From Saccostrea cucullata (Eukaryota): 64,000 nt of DNA. Below the pieces are notes generated by a model. It did no database searches. It was given only the letters and a program-made list of their open reading frames with translations, and was not told the DNA's origin. Below, piece after piece: positions 1 through 11,982 of the stretch. Each line of letters begins with the position of its first letter. Position 1 is the stretch's first letter. The stretch lies in NCBI RefSeq assembly GCF_032062105.1, contig NW_026923980.1, positions 62,001-126,000 on the forward strand. The letters are read 5' to 3'. The translations under genes were made by a program, and so were the position numbers.

Positions 1-769
1 TTAAATCACAATATATCGCTAAATTAATGTATTTTTATTGTGCATACATATGCTTTTGATAATTATCCCTTGAATATTTTATCAAACAAATTATTATAAT
101 TATAGATATGCTATTGATAATAATATGTATGAGCCTTAAATTCCGTTTTAACTTGATCACTGTTCGTAATTTTTCAGAATTTATTTACTTCCCCTCATGA
201 ATAATATTCATATAATGCGACTACGTATGCTGAGAACTAAATTACCATGGAGTGTTTTCCCTCCTGCTCGAGTATACATTATGTACATACTCTAAAACCA
301 TAACGCTACAGTTCTGTAGCTTACATCGCCCTACCATTAGTGTTCCGAGATACAACGATATGTAATTATAAAACTGAGATATTAAATTTAAAATTAAGAA
401 CAAGAAAACAACTAGGAAGTTTAATTAACTTTAGTAAGAAAACATGTCTCTTTAATATCTTCCACGAAACTATTACATGTAAAGTTTATAACTAATACTA
501 TACTTTTTATTTTATCAGGCGAAAAGAAACACACATACATGTTTATAATTTTACCAGAAGTCATCTATTCATCCTGGAAATAAGACATTTTCCTAACTGT
601 TTTATTTATTCTACGTTAAATGTTGACCAACTTTCATGAATTTATCTTTGTCCTTTATAGAGTAAAAGTTAATGTCTCAATAACTTCCAAACAGCTCTCG
701 TATATGGGTACAACATGTACAGGCCTAAATATATGAGTAAATATTGAGAAAAAGAAATGTATGAAAAAG

Positions 770-2310
770 AAACTTATTGTAATTTTTGTCTAAAATTAAA
801 TTATGCTTAAGAATATTATGACAATATATATAAATGTGATAACAAAAGAGTTCTACGAAATTGAAACACGTTTTTAAAAAACTTTACTCAGCAGCGATTG
901 ATTTTAAAATTGGGTGCAGGTTATTCAACTGCACTATTAAAGCGTATCGTCAGTAGAAAAGATATTGATAATGAACTTAGTCATACCTATAAATAAATCA
1001 TTCACGTGCATTAAATATACCCTTTAAATCTAGGTATATTATTCAGGGAAAGATTTTTCAATAATGGTTCAAATAAACAACTGATTACCATTGCAGCTTT
1101 TCAAAGCAAATCACTTTTCTTTTGTAAAATTTTGTTATTTTTTAATCTTTCTTTTCTTTAGAGACAAGTATGCCAAATATTCAATATCAAAAATACTAGT
1201 CTGCTGTCAAATTCAGAGCAGGGCTTTTTAAAAATAATTAAGGTGTATTGATTACTTACATAAATATTCTCTGAATCAATAGAGAAAGTATATAGCAGAA
1301 ACTAGTACAATGTTAACATGATTTGGACCTTCAAAACCTGATTCTGAATGTTATATACTTCCAAGGGCAATATTGTCCCCAAAAGAAGGTAAGATTTTTT
1401 GTTTTAGTTTTTTTAAACATTGTTTAATAATTAATGTCATGAAAAGGTTATAAGGCTAAATCACGGACACTTCATGCATTTGTTGGCAAAACAACTTGTT
1501 TATATATCTTACTTCAAAAACGCAACATAAACTGATCCCTCCAAATTCCAATACAAGAAATAAAATATAAATAAATTCAAATACTAGTTAGTTACGTTCT
1601 AATGTTCGCAAAGGTTGCAAACTGAAAAAAAATGCATGGTATGTACATGCAATTTGTAAAGGTTTTTTTTAAAAAAAAAAAAATTTCTCCGGATTTTACT
1701 TCATTTTAATTTAAACTTCATATTTTTACTTTATTTTCATCTTTTATTTTCACAATGCACTTCCAATTGTCCAAATCATGACAATTTAGTTTTTTTTTTA
1801 ATAAAATTTTCCAATGTCTACAGTACCCTGATCATAGGAGTAGATTAAGACTACTGTGCGTATCTATGCAACTATAAAATAGACATTATAAATAGATACT
1901 CAAATTCCATATACTTTAGATTTTAATGAAAGAATTCAATTGTTTAAATTTTTTAAACAGCTTTGATTATCAGGCTGATTTAGACTATAGAGCTTAAACT
2001 TGGAGTTCGAGAAATTCAACGAAATCCATAATAGCACGCCTTGTTTTTTTTTTCTCTGAAGAATAGACGTTTTATTTTCAACATTCTTAAAAAGAAATTT
2101 GATACTAGTAAGCCATTAGGAATGTCCAAATTTTCATTGGAATACAAATGCTAGGATTTATTACAAAAACTGACCTATATAGCAAAAGAGCAATGTCCCG
2201 AATAATGTATATTACTAGTTTTCTTTAAATATAAAATGTTAACGATATAAACTTCCTGGTTTTGATCCATTTACAATTAGATTAAAAGAAACGCACCGTT
2301 TGTTGCAGGA
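770..2310 (+). repeat. Upstream duplicate of the ZNFX1-1 promoter/5'UTR-exon/first-intron block (paralogous to about 3185-5157)
   Basis: Colinear shared blocks: acaaaagagttctacgaaa..gaaacacgtttt (843/3255), aaagaag|gtaaga donor (about 1389/3695), ttggagttcgagaaattca (2000/4875), gcaatgtcccgaataatgtatattactagtt (2190/5047), ttgcag|gat acceptor (2308/5156). Confidence 0.8.
857..867 (+). promoter_or_regulatory. ISRE/IRF-element-like motif GAAATTGAAAC
   Basis: Matches GAAANNGAAAC; retained in both duplicated upstream blocks; TATAAAT follows at 988. Confidence 0.3.
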
Positions 2311-2579
2311 TGAATTATATGGAGATAAAACACAGTATTTAATACAAAAGTCTATAGAACAATACAAAAAAAAGGAGCAGAGCAAACACAGACATTTACA
2401 GGATTCTAAAACATTAAGATATTAGGATTATCATTCACTTCAATGCAATTTTTCGATGAGAAAACATGTACGAGGGTTGATCCAAAAGTTCGTGGAATTT
2501 CTTTCAAAAATTTTATCGTGATTTGTTAAAAGCAAACAACAGACATATTCATAATTTAGTGTCATAATGCAAGAAGAAT

Positions 2580-2945
2580 GATATGGACATAACGATCAGT
2601 ATTCACAATACAAAATAAGAGCAGAGCAAGCACGGATCCCCGAAACATCAGAGGTGGGATCAGGTGCTATGGAGGAGTGAGCATCCCTGCCGACAAGGTC
2701 ACACCAGCCGTGTGCTCTTTGTCATGATCAGGAAAAAAATGAAAAAAATCCGTCGTCAATTCAGTGTATAAATAATGGATTAACAATTGGTATGAAAAAC
2801 GTCAGTCAGCATTTGACTCAATGATAAATTGTATTTGCTGACAAGGTCATTGTATCGACCATAGAAATTACATATGATGACTTTAAACGAGACTGCTGAT
2901 ATTCTTGTTTCATCAACTTGCTTGTCAATAATTTACCTCGTTTTA
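2580..2945 (-). mobile_element. Penelope-like retroelement 3' end fragment
   Basis: gagcagagcaagcacgga..catcagaggtgggatcaggtgc..gagcatcc..ggtcacacc terminus shared with the RT-bearing copy at 13800-14990; a shorter piece lies at 2310-2430. Confidence 0.7.
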
Positions 2946-3269
2946 GGAAATGTTAATTCAGATTAGGAATTCAGAATTAAAATGAAAATAGACGCGTTAA
3001 TGTCTCCAAACAACCGTTTCTATGGCAACTGCCATAGAGTTACTATTAAATATATTTAAACTCTTTTTTAAATTTTAAATATTCATGAAGTGTCTATATT
3101 TTCATTTGTAATTTTCAACCAATTCCACTGAAAATAAATTAAATATGAAAAAATTCCACGAACTCCAGGAAACGTAAGAAAATGAACTTACCGTATTTTT
3201 TGTCCAGAATTAAATTTAAATGCTTAGATGTTTAAGAATATATATAACATGACAACAAAAGAGTTCTAC

Positions 3270-3285
3270 GAAATGAAATCGAAAC
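3270..3285 (+). promoter_or_regulatory. ISRE/IRF-element-like motif GAAATGAAATCGAAAC
   Basis: Triple GAAA, contains GAAANNGAAAC; TATAAATA at 3403; upstream of ZNFX1, an interferon-stimulated gene in vertebrates. Confidence 0.35.
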
Positions 3286-4254
3286 ACGTTTTTTAAAAAC
3301 CTTACTCAGCAACAATTGATTTTAAAATTGAGTGCAGTTTATTCAACTGCACTAAAGCATATCGTCAGTAGAAAAGATATTGATAATGAACCTAGTCATA
3401 CCTATAAATAAATCATTCACGTGCATTAGATATACCATTTGAATCTATGTATACTATAAAAGGTAAGCATAAAATAAAGTTTAAAAAACTGATATATTCA
3501 TTATAGATAATCCTACTCTTCCGTAAAATCCAGAACATGGTTTTTTAAAAACAAGGTGGATTGCGTAAATACATTTATTTTCCCCGAATCAATTAAGAAA
3601 GTAGAACATATGCTAGTATACATGATTTGGACCGGTCTACGTAATCTGATTTTGAATGTTACATACTTTTAGGGGCATCTTTTTCCTAAAGAAGGTAAGA
3701 ATTTATTAGTTTTTTATTATTAATGACATGAAAAGGTTCTACAGCTAAATCACAGAAACTTTGTGCATTTGTTTGTGAAACAACTTTTTGAATAGCTTAC
3801 CTTAAAAAAGGCAACATAAACTGATATAGAAAGAAATGAAAAAAAAAAGAAAATGTAAATGTAAAAAAAGTAATGATCTACATTCGCTAGATCTAGAGGT
3901 TGCAAAAATGCATGGTATGTACTTTGTCAAGATTTTAAAATATTTCCATAATTTCCCTAATTATAATTAAAACATCATATTTTTACTTTTTTATTTCCAT
4001 AATGAACTTCCAATTGTTCAAATCATGACAATTATAAGTTTAAGTTTTCCAATGTCCACAATACCCTGATAATAGGAGTAGATATCTATATCACAGACAG
4101 TATAAATTTATACAATCACAACTTCTCGGGCCTTTCCGACTAGCGGAAAAACGACCTCGAATGTATATGGTAGCCGCCATGACAACCCTCCTTTTTCACG
4201 AAATAAATGCATAGAGACCTGTTATCTGTGGAATATGGAGTTTAACTTTATTCA

Positions 4255-4600
4255 ATGAAGGATATGGAGATAACAAACAGTATTCAATCTCAAAGTCCAT
4301 TAAACAATATACAAAATCAGAGCAGAGCAAACACGGACCCCTGAAACATCAGAGATGGGATCGGGTGCCATGGAGGAGTGAGCATCCCCTGCCGACCGGT
4401 CACACCGGCGTGTGCTCGTTGTCATGATCAGGAAAAAACGGAAAAATCCGTCGTCAAATAGTGTATAAATAATGGACTAATAATTGGTATAAAAAACGTC
4501 AGTCAGCATTTGACTCAGTGTTAAATTGTATTTGCTGACAAGGTCATTATATCGACCATAGAACTTACGAACTAATGCCTTTAAACGAGACTGCTGAATG
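4255..4600 (-). mobile_element. Penelope-like retroelement 3' end fragment
   Basis: Close copy of 2580-2945; begins atgaaggatatggagataac as at 13803 and 47197. Confidence 0.7.
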
Positions 4601-5276
4601 TTATGAAATTACTTAGAATATACTATATAAGGGACTTCTAAATCTGTCTATCCTATATTTGAATAAACAGGAAGATGTAAAAAAATTTTAACATCCGATG
4701 ATGTTAATACATTCGAGGTTGTTTTTCCGACCTCTGACGGAAAAATCCGAGATGATGCGATTGAGTATAAATATATAGGGAAAGTCCATATATTTTTTTT
4801 AATGGAAGAATTGAATTGTTTATATGAATTAACAGCTTTTATTGTACGAGCAATTCAGTCTGTAAAGCTTAGATTTGGAGTTCGAGAAATTCAGCAATAG
4901 ACGTTTTATTTTCAATATCCTTAATATTCCTTAAATTGAGAATGGAAGGGGTTATCTCTTTAAAAGAACTCGATAAGTAGTGTTCCAATTTTCACTGGAA
5001 TAAAAATGCTAGGATTTATTACAAAAACTGGCTTATAGCCAAAAGAGCAATGTCCCGAATAATGTATATTACTAGTTTTTAACATTTTATATTTTATGCT
5101 TCCTGGTTCTGATCTATTTACACTTTAAAGAAACACACTATATTGTTGTGTTGCAGGATCCTGAAGTATAAGGTGAGATCATAACCGAGGATGATTATTC
5201 AGTCAAATGCAATTTCTCGGACAGAAAACTAGTAACCAGTTGACAAATTTTAAATTTGGATAGAAAGAAAATAAAC

Positions 5277-6380
5277 ATGGATTCCCGGAAGAGGAGGCAG
5301 GAACAAGATAATCGCCATACAAAGCGAATTCGATATGACCCTAACCCAGCAACGGAACGGAATGATAGTTTACGGCCATCTGAAATGTTGCAGGACAAGA
5401 AATATGAACGAAGTAGTGACTCAAGGCTTGCTTCTACGTCAAAGTCTAGTTATATGCCAACAAGAAAAAGCGCACAAAAAAGAAACACTATTTGGTCAAA
5501 AAGAGATAATGATTGTCCTTTCGATTTGAGAAAGAAACTTAAAGGTCATGCTAATCCACAAAGGTCTTCACACAGTTTAAGAAACTTGAACCACCCTTCG
5601 ACGGATTCTTGGGAAATAGAAACCAATCAAGACTGTTCTACATCCAGAACCAAGGCAAGCGTTTCTACACATAGAGAAGAATCACCAAGGACAAATTCAA
5701 GCTACAGAAAGAACAGCCCAAGATATAGGGCAAAGAGCCCTATTTATAGACCAACCAGTCCTAGCTACAGATCAACAAGTCCCAGCTACAAGTCGACCAG
5801 TACTAGCTACAGACCAACCAGTCCTAGGTACAAGCCAACCAGTCCTAGCTACAGACCAACCAGTCCTTGCCGCCACAGACCAATCAATTCTAACCACAGA
5901 CAAACCATTTCTAAAAACAGATCAACCAACCCTGGTCATAAACCAACCAGTTCTATTTACAAACCAACCAGTCCTATTATCAGACCAACCGGTTCTAGCT
6001 TCAAACCAAGTTCTATCCACAAACCAACCAGTCCTAGCTACAGACCTACCAGTCCAGACTTTAAACCAATCAATTCTAGCTATAAACAAATCAATCCTAG
6101 CTATAGACCAACCAGTCCTAGCTACAGACCAACCAGTCCTAGCTACAGACCAACCAGTCCTAGCTACAAACCAACCAGTCCTTGCTACAGACCACTGCGA
6201 CCAACCAGTTCTACTTGTGAACCATTTAACCATAGTTTCAGATCAGACCACAATCAAACTACTTTAGGACACATCAAAAATCAATCCTTCAATTCCATTC
6301 CGAGGGCACACACTATACAAAAGGGTACACATTTATCACCAGAAAAACAAGAGACATACAAGCTCAGACAGATTTCTTAA
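5277..6380 (+). CDS. ZNFX1: N-terminal segment of ZNFX1 paralog 1: low-complexity region with Pol II CTD-like Y[RK]PTSPS heptads; out of frame (+1) with the downstream helicase ORF
   Basis: ATG 5277 gives MDSRKRR..KRIRYD, TIWSKRDN, DLRKKLK, matching MNSRKRT..KKPRYE, PIWSSRGN, DLRDKLK at the N-terminus of paralog 2, which is continuous with its helicase; acceptor ttgcag| at 5156 is equivalent to ttgtag| at 15647. Confidence 0.7.
   Translation: MDSRKRRQEQDNRHTKRIRYDPNPATERNDSLRPSEMLQDKKYERSSDSRLASTSKSSYMPTRKSAQKRNTIWSKRDNDCPFDLRKKLKGHANPQRSSHSLRNLNHPSTDSWEIETNQDCSTSRTKASVSTHREESPRTNSSYRKNSPRYRAKSPIYRPTSPSYRSTSPSYKSTSTSYRPTSPRYKPTSPSYRPTSPCRHRPINSNHRQTISKNRSTNPGHKPTSSIYKPTSPIIRPTGSSFKPSSIHKPTSPSYRPTSPDFKPINSSYKQINPSYRPTSPSYRPTSPSYRPTSPSYKPTSPCYRPLRPTSSTCEPFNHSFRSDHNQTTLGHIKNQSFNSIPRAHTIQKGTHLSPEKQETYKLRQIS
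5703..6210 (+). repeat. 21-bp coding minisatellite (agctacagaccaaccagtcct), about 24 heptads
   Basis: Directly visible; translates to YRPTSPS/YKPTSPS and variants. Confidence 0.95.
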
Positions 6381-6420
6381 CAGCAATTCAAAACGAAAAC
6401 AAACAATACACAAAGGTGAC

Positions 6421-9400
6421 ATGATGCAGCGTTTTAAAAGAATCCAAGACTTCGATGGATTTAATTTGAAATATCTTGATGATCTTAAGTTGTTATTGGC
6501 ATCAGAAGAAAATTTCAGAGATGAAAATTTACAGTGTTTGATGAAAATGTTAGCCCATCTGTTCGAAGAACAAAACTCGGATGTGTGTGAAGCGTTGATG
6601 AAATTTGATTTCTTTGCACGAAAAGACCTTATGGCATTAATATCTGGTATTCTAGTTCGTTCTGAGCTGACAAATTCTGATGAAGAATTTATAAGACATT
6701 CCTATCAGGTACTGGTTGCTCTCTCCTTAGATACTACATTAAGGTCGAGTAAAGTGAAGGCGTTTTTGAATCTAATTCTTCATTTGGTTAGGCGTACAAA
6801 TAACCAGGAAAGGGAGAAAACTTTATCAGAAATATCAACACGATTGGACATGAAGGAAAAAAGAGAAAATTTAGAAGTCGATGAAAAAGGAGAAATTGTA
6901 TTCTCTGATTCAATGAAAAAAGAACTGTCTACCATGAGTCAATTCCAAATATTACCGACGAGTGCTATGATCCGAGACAAGGTTACCCCAAAACTGTTAC
7001 AAAGGGAGTTAAAACGTGCATCAAAGTCCCAGGCGCACTACCTTATAGAACAATTCTATCTGTTTTTGCAGGATTTCATTGGTCCTCTAAGACAAGGAAT
7101 AGAAGATTACATGGAACATGCTCTGAATCCCGACACAGAAAAGAGATTTCGCCACGAAAGTGTCAGGCTTTATGAAGGCATACATATTCTGGAGAGGAAA
7201 TGTGTTCCTGATTCCGGCATGGTAATAGAGATACAGTTTGAGGCAAAAGGATTTAAACGAATTCAGTGGGATTTTTGCAATTTTCTACAGTATGGAAACG
7301 TTGTCTGTTTAACTCACGGTAATTGTGATACACTTTTGTATGCATTAATTGCAGAACGAAACACCCAAAACCTGAAAAGGGGGAAAATTTCTCTGAGTTT
7401 GATAGGACAGATATTCCAAGAGGTTGAAGAAATGAAGAATGTGGCAAACGGACGCATTGTGATGCTGGAGAGTAAAGCCTTTTATACTGCATACCGGCAC
7501 ACCTTGGAGTCCATGCAATCTATGGCTAGAAATATGGTGCTTTATCCCAAAGATGCAAGAATTCCTTTTGCAAAGCATATTATTGACCTCAAAACTGATG
7601 TACTCGAACCTCTCTATAGCAGAAGTGAAGACGGTGAGGTCAAACTTGTAAACTTTGAATGCCTATTGAAGCCTGAGGAGTGCATAATGGACAAGGATTA
7701 CACAAGAGTACCGCTTCTTGATACAAGTATGTGGCCCTCAGCAGAGGAAGTAGGAATGGACGAACACCAGTACTCGGCGCTTAAACTCTGTCTTACAAAG
7801 AAACTTGGAATCTTACAGGGACCTCCTGGTACTGGAAAAACATGGATGGGTTTGAGAATTGCAGAATTTCTACTGAACAACAATCTTGGCCAGGAGGTGG
7901 GCGAAAAGAGACCCATATTGCTACTAAGTTATACCAATCATGCTCTTGATCAGTTCTTCAATGCATTATTTGATATGGATAGCCTCAGGAAACTTTTTTC
8001 AGGAACAACGCAACCCTTCGTCCGTGTGGGTTCACGAAGTAATGTTGAACGAATTCAGAACTGTACTTTGACAGAACACAGAAAGCAAATGAAAGGAAAC
8101 AGATCAAGATTTCAATGGAAGAATGGCATGAGACTAAAACAGGAGATATTTGAAATAGAGTTGTGGTTAGAGAAAATAAAGGACAGCATTGTGTCTCCTG
8201 TATTTCTGTTTAGAAATGAATACATTTCCGAGAATCATAGTCGATCACTTCAGGACAAACGTTATCTCTGCAATGGAACTGATATTGTTGCTATCATTTT
8301 TCAGTGGCTAGAAATAGGTCCTCGTGGCAGGGAGATAAGAGATTTCTCCAATGAAGCAAATACCGCAGATATTCCGAAAAATGAGCTGTGGGAGATGGAC
8401 GAAAACGATGAAGACCTTTTTATGTCTCATTTAGTAAGAAGGATTGTAGAAGATGCGGATGATTTGCGATTTGATCAAAAAGAGTGTCTTCAGAATGTTT
8501 TGTCAAACCTTCTTGTGACTAAAGAATTATTAATTCCTAAAAAGAAATCAACTCAACTGCACCCTTTCTGGCAATCTCTCGAACTTCGAGAGAGGGAACA
8601 GATATTGAGTTACATTTCCTTAAGATTGCGGTTGGATGTTGCCATGAACTTGTATGAAGCTCAAGAAGTTGCAAACGTTTGGTGTATAACCATTGAGGAT
8701 AGATGGCGATTATACAAGTTTTGGGTACAGCAATTTAAAGATTATCTTCTAAATAAAAGGAACGTACTTATGCTAGATTTCGAGATGGAAAATAGCAAGT
8801 ATTTAAAAGAGAAAACGGCTGAAAATATCAAAATAGTGTCGAGTTGTCATCTTGTTGGTATGACTACAACAGGAGCTGCACAAAATATTGACCTCTTGAA
8901 GAAGGTTCAACCAAAAATTATGATTGTTGAGGAAGCCGCTCAAGTTTTTGAACAGCACATACTAGGATGTCTTACAAAAGATTTACAGCACTTGATACTT
9001 ATTGGTGATCATCAACAGCTTCGACCTTCAATTAACAATTACCAATTATCAAAAACTCACAAAACAGATGTTTCGTTAATGGAACGACTTGTAATGAATA
9101 AAATGCCGTATGTGTGTCTTTCACAGCAACACCGAATGCGCCCTGAAATATCTTCAATGCTTACTCCCACGATTTACAAGAACTTGCAGGATCATTCAAG
9201 TGTGTTATCATATGATCATGTTCAAGGTATGAAACACGACATTTTCTTTCTTAATCATAAAAATCAGGAGAGCCAATCGGAATACTCAACCAGTCATAAA
9301 AATGAATTCGAGGCAGAAATGGTTGCAAGATTGTGTCGCTATTTATTGTTACAAGGATATAACAAAACCGATGTGACCATCCTAGCGACATACAACGATC

Positions 9401-11982
9401 AAGTAAAGTTAATCAGGAATTATGTAAAGAATTTGGAAAATGATTTACCAAACTCTAGACTTGATATTAAAGAAAAGATTGCAGTTACGGCCGTAGATAA
9501 TTTCCAAGGAGAAGAAAACAAAATTATTATATTATCTTTAGTAAGAGGAAACGACGAAAGAAAAATAGGTCATCTGCATGATATCAAAAGAATATGTGTT
9601 TCACTTTCAAGAGCAAAACAGGGTTTTTTTGTTATTGGAAACTTTCAAACCATTCGAAAAAGTAGGACCTGGAGTGAAATTATTTTAAAAGCAGAAGCAG
9701 ATAATATCTTTGGAAGTTATATTCCCTTGAACTGTTTTAATCATCCCCAGACTATAACAAAAGTATCCAAACCATCAGATTTTGATATGGTGCCAGTGGG
9801 AGGATGTAACGAGCCGTGTGGGTACCAGCTGAACTGTGGGCATGCCTGCGACTTGAAATGTCACGCGGATCCATCATACCATGATATGCCATGCAGGAAA
9901 ATTTGCGAAAAGGAAATGTGTGATAAAGGGCATAGATGCAAAAGAGTTTGTTCGCATCCTTGGTCGTGTGGACCATGTGGAACTCTAGTAACCAAGGTAT
10001 ACACGGAATGTAATCACAAAGTACAAGTAAAGTGTTCTATAGACTTAGAAACCTACCCCTGCCGAGAGAAATGTAGCAAAACAAATCCCTGTGGTCATAT
10101 TTGTCAACTAAATTGCGGTTGCAAATGCCAGCCAGATCAATGTTCAGTTCTAGTGCCAGTTGTTCACCCGAGATGTGGGCATGAAATAGAGGCTCCATGC
10201 TGTATACGTTCCAAACCAAAGAAAATAAAATGCAAGCAGAAATGTCAGACGATTCTGCCCTGTGGCCATGCATGCAAGGGGGACTGTTTCTCCTGTTCTA
10301 GTGGGAGGCTTCATGTGGTATGTGAGCAATTATGCCAGCGTGTCCTCGTGTGTGGCCATTCTTGTAACAATAAGCATTCATGCTCTACAGCTTGTCCACC
10401 TTGTAATAAACCCTGCATGTCCGGTTGTAATCATTTGGGAAAACGTGGTTGTCGTCGAAAATGTGGCGAAACATGTATTGATTGCAGGGAGCAATGTGAT
10501 TGGAAATGCGATGAAAATTGCGAAAACCAATATCGTTGCCAAAAGCAATGTTTTGAAAAATGCGATAGACCACGTTGTAACAGAAGATGTAACCGAGATT
10601 TGCGATGTAAGCATCGTTGTGTAGGTTTATGCGGTGAGCCCTGTCCTAGGCTGTGCAGAAGATGTAACAAAGAGGAATTAACAACAATTTTCTTTGGGGA
10701 AGAGGACGATCCTAAAGCATTGTTTATCGAACTAGAAGACTGCAAACACGTCTTTGAAGTGAACGGCTTTGACAAGTTCATGGAAATGGAGGTGGAAAGA
10801 AATGATGAATCGGTTTCAGAAAGCCATGCAATAAAACTTCTGCGATGTCCTTTATGCCAGACACCAATACGACGCAGTAAAAGATACAAAAACATTATAA
10901 TACAAAATTTAAAGGATATGAATGCCGTGAAAACAATTGAAAAAGAGAAAGTATGTACCTTGAACGCCAAAGAGACTTTTGAGGAACTCTCTAAATTTAA
11001 CGAAGCTTATGAAATTTTGAGATTTAAATTAAATTTAACCAAACAGTATTACGACTTTGAATTCTCAAACAAACAAGCTGAAAAATTGTTTACTTTCTTA
11101 GTTCCAAAATATAAAGAAAGGTTTGATAAAATGATGGGAAAATCCTCAGAAGAAACTACTGAAATCGTAGACCAATTTCAAATGCTTACTGAATGGCTTT
11201 TGCGACACAGACGTACGATGTTTACCGAATACGAGGTCAAGCAATTCAGTGAAGAAGTAGACAGATTCTTTCTATATGTAGACTATGCTTTGCTCGTTCA
11301 ACAAGTGGATTCAAATAATCCATCCCAAGTGACCGAAGAAGACAGAAACACACTTAATGAGCAAGTAGTTAACCTAAGATGGCCAATCCCTAAGCAACTG
11401 GAAATAGAGGATATATTACATTCCAAAGAGATCCTAACGACCATGCAAGAAAAGCTACCACTTACTGGTCTAGGAATATCAGATAAGGAGAAGGCAATGA
11501 TTTTGAAGGCGTTTAACTTTTCCAAGAAAGGACACTGGTACAAGTGCAAAAATGGTAAGAATTTTTCTTTTATGCAGTAAGAAATGAAAAAGATCAAAGA
11601 CTGCAACGTTTCACATGACAGTTTTGACAATATTTAATCCCAACTTTTCAGTCTTGTAAGACCACATTTTCTTAATATATTTGAATCATAAATCAGCCAA
11701 AGAAACAGTTCGCCGTTTAATATGAAAAGTGTTCTAGGTTTCATTAATATTTTTTGTTATTGAATGTTTTATTTGATTTTCACAGGTCATATTTACGCTA
11801 TAGGGGACTGTGGCGGAGCGATGGTGGAGTCTAAATGTCCAGAATGCGATGAAACGATTGGTGGGTCTCGACATCAGTTGCGGGGAGACAACGAGGTTGC
11901 TGGAGAAATGGACGGCGCAGCCTTTTCAGCCTGGTCTGAACAAGCTAACATGGCCAATTACGAAATTGATGATAGATTTTGA
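6421..11982 (+). CDS. ZNFX1: NFX1-type zinc finger-containing protein 1 (ZNFX1) paralog 1: SF1/UPF1-like helicase, NF-X1 Cys/His zinc fingers, RING-like region, C-terminal RZ finger
   Basis: GPPGTGKT, VEEAAQ, LIGDHQQLRP, QHRMRPEI, VDNFQGEE, RICVSLSRAK; long CGH-rich array; exons (6268)6421-11554 and 11786-11982 (AAT G|gtaaga..ttttcacag|GT CAT) give HWYKCKNGHIYAIGDCGGAMVESKCPECDETIGG. Confidence 0.93.

Noticed and set aside
5922-6233. Antisense ARTGWSV-repeat ORF
   Set aside because: Shadow of the 21-bp repeat.
5256-6380. RPB1 (Pol II largest subunit) C-terminal exon
   Set aside because: No polymerase domains nearby, Ser2 is systematically R/K, and the ORF start is homologous to ZNFX1 paralog 2. 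The track start at 5256 is a TTG; the real ATG is 5277.
9752-10970. Several overlapping and antisense ORFs
   Set aside because: Shadows of the Cys-rich ZNFX1 coding region.
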